DNA of 64,000 nucleotides from the NCBI GenBank assembly GCA_963663235.2, contig CAXXNO010000012.1, positions 64,001 to 128,000 of the forward strand, written 5' to 3'. The DNA comes from Dehalococcoidia bacterium. GTDB lineage: Bacteria; Chloroflexota; Dehalococcoidia; Bin125. Position 1 is the first letter of the stretch. Each line of letters opens with the position of its first letter. Positions 62,117 through 64,000 of the stretch are shown here, in pieces. The notes beneath the pieces are model-generated. The model worked only from the letters and a program-made list of their open reading frames with translations. It did not search any database and had not been told where the DNA came from. Position numbers and translations under genes: made by a program.

Positions 62117-63349
62117 GTGGTGTCGTCGCGCCCGATCAGCCTGTATCTACACGTGCCGTTCTGCACGGTGCGCTGCTCGTACTGCGACTTCAACACCTAC
62201 GCGAACCTGGAGGCGCTGATCCCGGCGTGGGAGACGGCGCTGCTTTCGGAGTTGCGGCTGTGGGCTCCGCTCGTGGCGGGCCGGCTCGTGCCGACAGTGT
62301 TCATCGGCGGGGGGACGCCGAGCCTGCTGGAGGGCGAGGCCATCGGTCGGATCCTGGACATCGTGCGCGAACGCTACGCACTCAACGCGGACGCGGAGAT
62401 CACGCTGGAAGCGAACCCGGAGAGCGTCAGCGTGGAGCGGCTGCGGGCGTACCGGGCGGCGGGGGTGAACCGGCTGTCGATCGGGGTGCAGTCGCTGGAC
62501 GAAGGGGAGCTGCACTTCCTAGACCGGCTGCACGACGGGGAAGGAGCGCGGCGGGCGGTGGCGGCGGCGCGCGCCGCCGGGTTCGACAACGTGAACGTGG
62601 ACCTGATCTTTGGGCTGCCGGGGCAACCGTCGAGCGGCTGGGAGCGGACGCTGGAAGGCGCGATCGCGATGGAGCCGGATCACGTGTCGTGCTACGCGCT
62701 GACGGTGGAGGAGGGGACGCCGCTGGCGGCGCGGGTGGCGTCGGGGTCGGTGGCGGAGGCGGACCCGGACGTGGCGGCGGAGATGGGGGAAGCGACCGAG
62801 CAGCGGCTGTCGGCGGCGGGGTACGCGCAGTACGAGATCAGCAACTACGCGCGGCCGGGGAAGGCGTGCCGGCACAACCTAGTCTACTGGCGGCACGACG
62901 AGTACCTGGGGCTGGGGCCGGGCGCGCACGGGTTCGTCGATGGCGTGCGGTACGCGGTGGAGCGAAGCCCTGGGCGGTACATCGGGGTGCTGCGCGATGG
63001 TTCCGTCGCACTTCGACAGGCTGGGCTCGTCCCCCGTTCGCCCTTCGACAGGCTCAGGATGAACGGGGGACAATTGCCGAGCCCGGCGGTGGTGTCGCGG
63101 GAGGAGGTCGATGAGGAGACGGCGGCGCTGGACACGCTGACGCTGGGGCTGCGGCTGAACGAGGGGGTGGTGGCGGCGGAGTTCGCACGGCGGTACCCGA
63201 CGGCGTGGGAGCGGTACCGGCCGGCCGTGGAGTGGTCGAAGGGTGTGGGGTTGGCGGAGGAGGTGGATGGGCGGCTGCGGTTGACGTCGAGGGGGCGGCG
63301 GCTGTCGAACGAGGTGTTCGTGCGGCTGCTGGAGCCGTCGTTGGTGTGA
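62117..63349 (+). CDS. hemW: Radical SAM heme chaperone HemW (HemN-like)
   Basis: LYLHVPFCTVRCSYCDFN, GGGTPS, YEISNY, HNLVYW, YLGLGPGAH. Confidence 0.93.
   Translation: MVSSRPISLYLHVPFCTVRCSYCDFNTYANLEALIPAWETALLSELRLWAPLVAGRLVPTVFIGGGTPSLLEGEAIGRILDIVRERYALNADAEITLEANPESVSVERLRAYRAAGVNRLSIGVQSLDEGELHFLDRLHDGEGARRAVAAARAAGFDNVNVDLIFGLPGQPSSGWERTLEGAIAMEPDHVSCYALTVEEGTPLAARVASGSVAEADPDVAAEMGEATEQRLSAAGYAQYEISNYARPGKACRHNLVYWRHDEYLGLGPGAHGFVDGVRYAVERSPGRYIGVLRDGSVALRQAGLVPRSPFDRLRMNGGQLPSPAVVSREEVDEETAALDTLTLGLRLNEGVVAAEFARRYPTAWERYRPAVEWSKGVGLAEEVDGRLRLTSRGRRLSNEVFVRLLEPSLV
63011..63071. repeat. REP-like element inside the hemW coding sequence
   Basis: CTTCGACAGGCT plus hairpin GTCCCCCGTTCG-CCCTTCGACAGGCTCAGGA-TGAACGGGGGAC; same module as at 41-43 kb. 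Confidence 0.8.
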
Positions 63350-63469
63350 GGGGGACGGGGGGGTCAGGAGGCGCCGGTGGTCGTGCTGGAGCGGGTGGGG
63401 GAGGGGAGCTAGTGGGATGACGGAACAAACCGCGCCAGCACGAGAGCGGCTTGGCCAAAGAGGCCGGCA

Positions 63470-64000
63470 GTGAGGATCGCCGTGCTCGGCTGGGGCTCAC
63501 TGGTCTGGTGCCCTCGAAATCTGTGTGTTGCGAGCACTTGGTTCTCTGATGGGCCAACACTGCATCTTGAGTTTTCACGTGTGTCGGAAGACTGCCGGTT
63601 GACGCTGGTCATTGATCCGGAAAACGGCGTACCGGTATCGGCGCTCTGGGCCGAAAGCACCTGCGCGACGGTAGATGAGGCCGTGAAGAATCTAAAATCC
63701 CGCGAGCGGACGCCGGACGCAAGAAACATTGGCTTTGTGGACTGTGTCAGGGGATGTTCGCGAGCCAGACTGCGCGACGTGAAGATGACGATTGAGAGCT
63801 GGGCACGAGATCATGAGCTCGATGCAGTCATCTGGACGGACTTGGCGCCGAACTTCCCGAGCAAACCAGGGATGCCTTTCTCAGTAGAGAACGCTTTGAG
63901 GTATCTCGAATGTCTCGACAGCAGTAAACGCGAAAAGGCCTTGGAGTATTTCAGGAAGGCTCCAAGTGAAGTGGATACGCCGCTACGCAGCGCGGTTAAT
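63470..64000 (+). CDS. Hypothetical protein, gamma-glutamylcyclotransferase-like N-terminus (partial, runs off right edge)
   Basis: Not in the ORF track. GTG start; reads MRIAVLGWGSLVW.P..L.....W..DGP.L.LEFSRVS...RLTLVID...DAVIWTDL, open to the edge. Visibly lower GC. Confidence 0.75.
   Translation, partial: MRIAVLGWGSLVWCPRNLCVASTWFSDGPTLHLEFSRVSEDCRLTLVIDPENGVPVSALWAESTCATVDEAVKNLKSRERTPDARNIGFVDCVRGCSRARLRDVKMTIESWARDHELDAVIWTDLAPNFPSKPGMPFSVENALRYLECLDSSKREKALEYFRKAPSEVDTPLRSAVN

Overview
High-GC window that is mostly housekeeping and metabolic genes. Gene content suggests Chloroflexota, probably Dehalococcoidia-like; this taxonomy is an inference. From left to right it holds: a secreted protein truncated by the window edge; a patch of gene fragments with a 71-bp mini-IS; five tRNAs (Trp, Leu, Gly, Cys, Leu); udgB, HAD and RibD-C genes; and a decayed selD'-NMNAT-apgM' operon with internal deletions. 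Next come frdABCD with a divergent J-domain/flavin-reductase fusion, and a KamA-like radical SAM gene behind a c-di-AMP (ydaO) riboswitch. These are followed by tam, gatB, yvcK, secG, DUF62, fmt, rplY, larE, a hydantoinase A/B pair, M28 and LysM lipoproteins, and pccB-acn-mdh-fumC. The right half has nested REP-like repeat clusters around a rod-shaped ncRNA candidate, tig-clpP-clpX-tlyA-nadK, an oppABC set whose OppC carries a LysM-like insert, and aspS. It ends with three tandem DMT transporters with conserved motifs in long loops, a triple-RidA protein, an LLM monooxygenase, hemW with an in-frame repeat insertion, and a lower-GC ORF at the right edge. No CRISPR array, rRNA or intact transposase was seen. 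The best leads are the c-di-AMP-controlled aminomutase, the J-domain/flavin-reductase fusion beside frdA, the LysM-OppC, and the DMT-RidA3-LLM cluster. All assignments come from motif recognition by eye; no searches were run.
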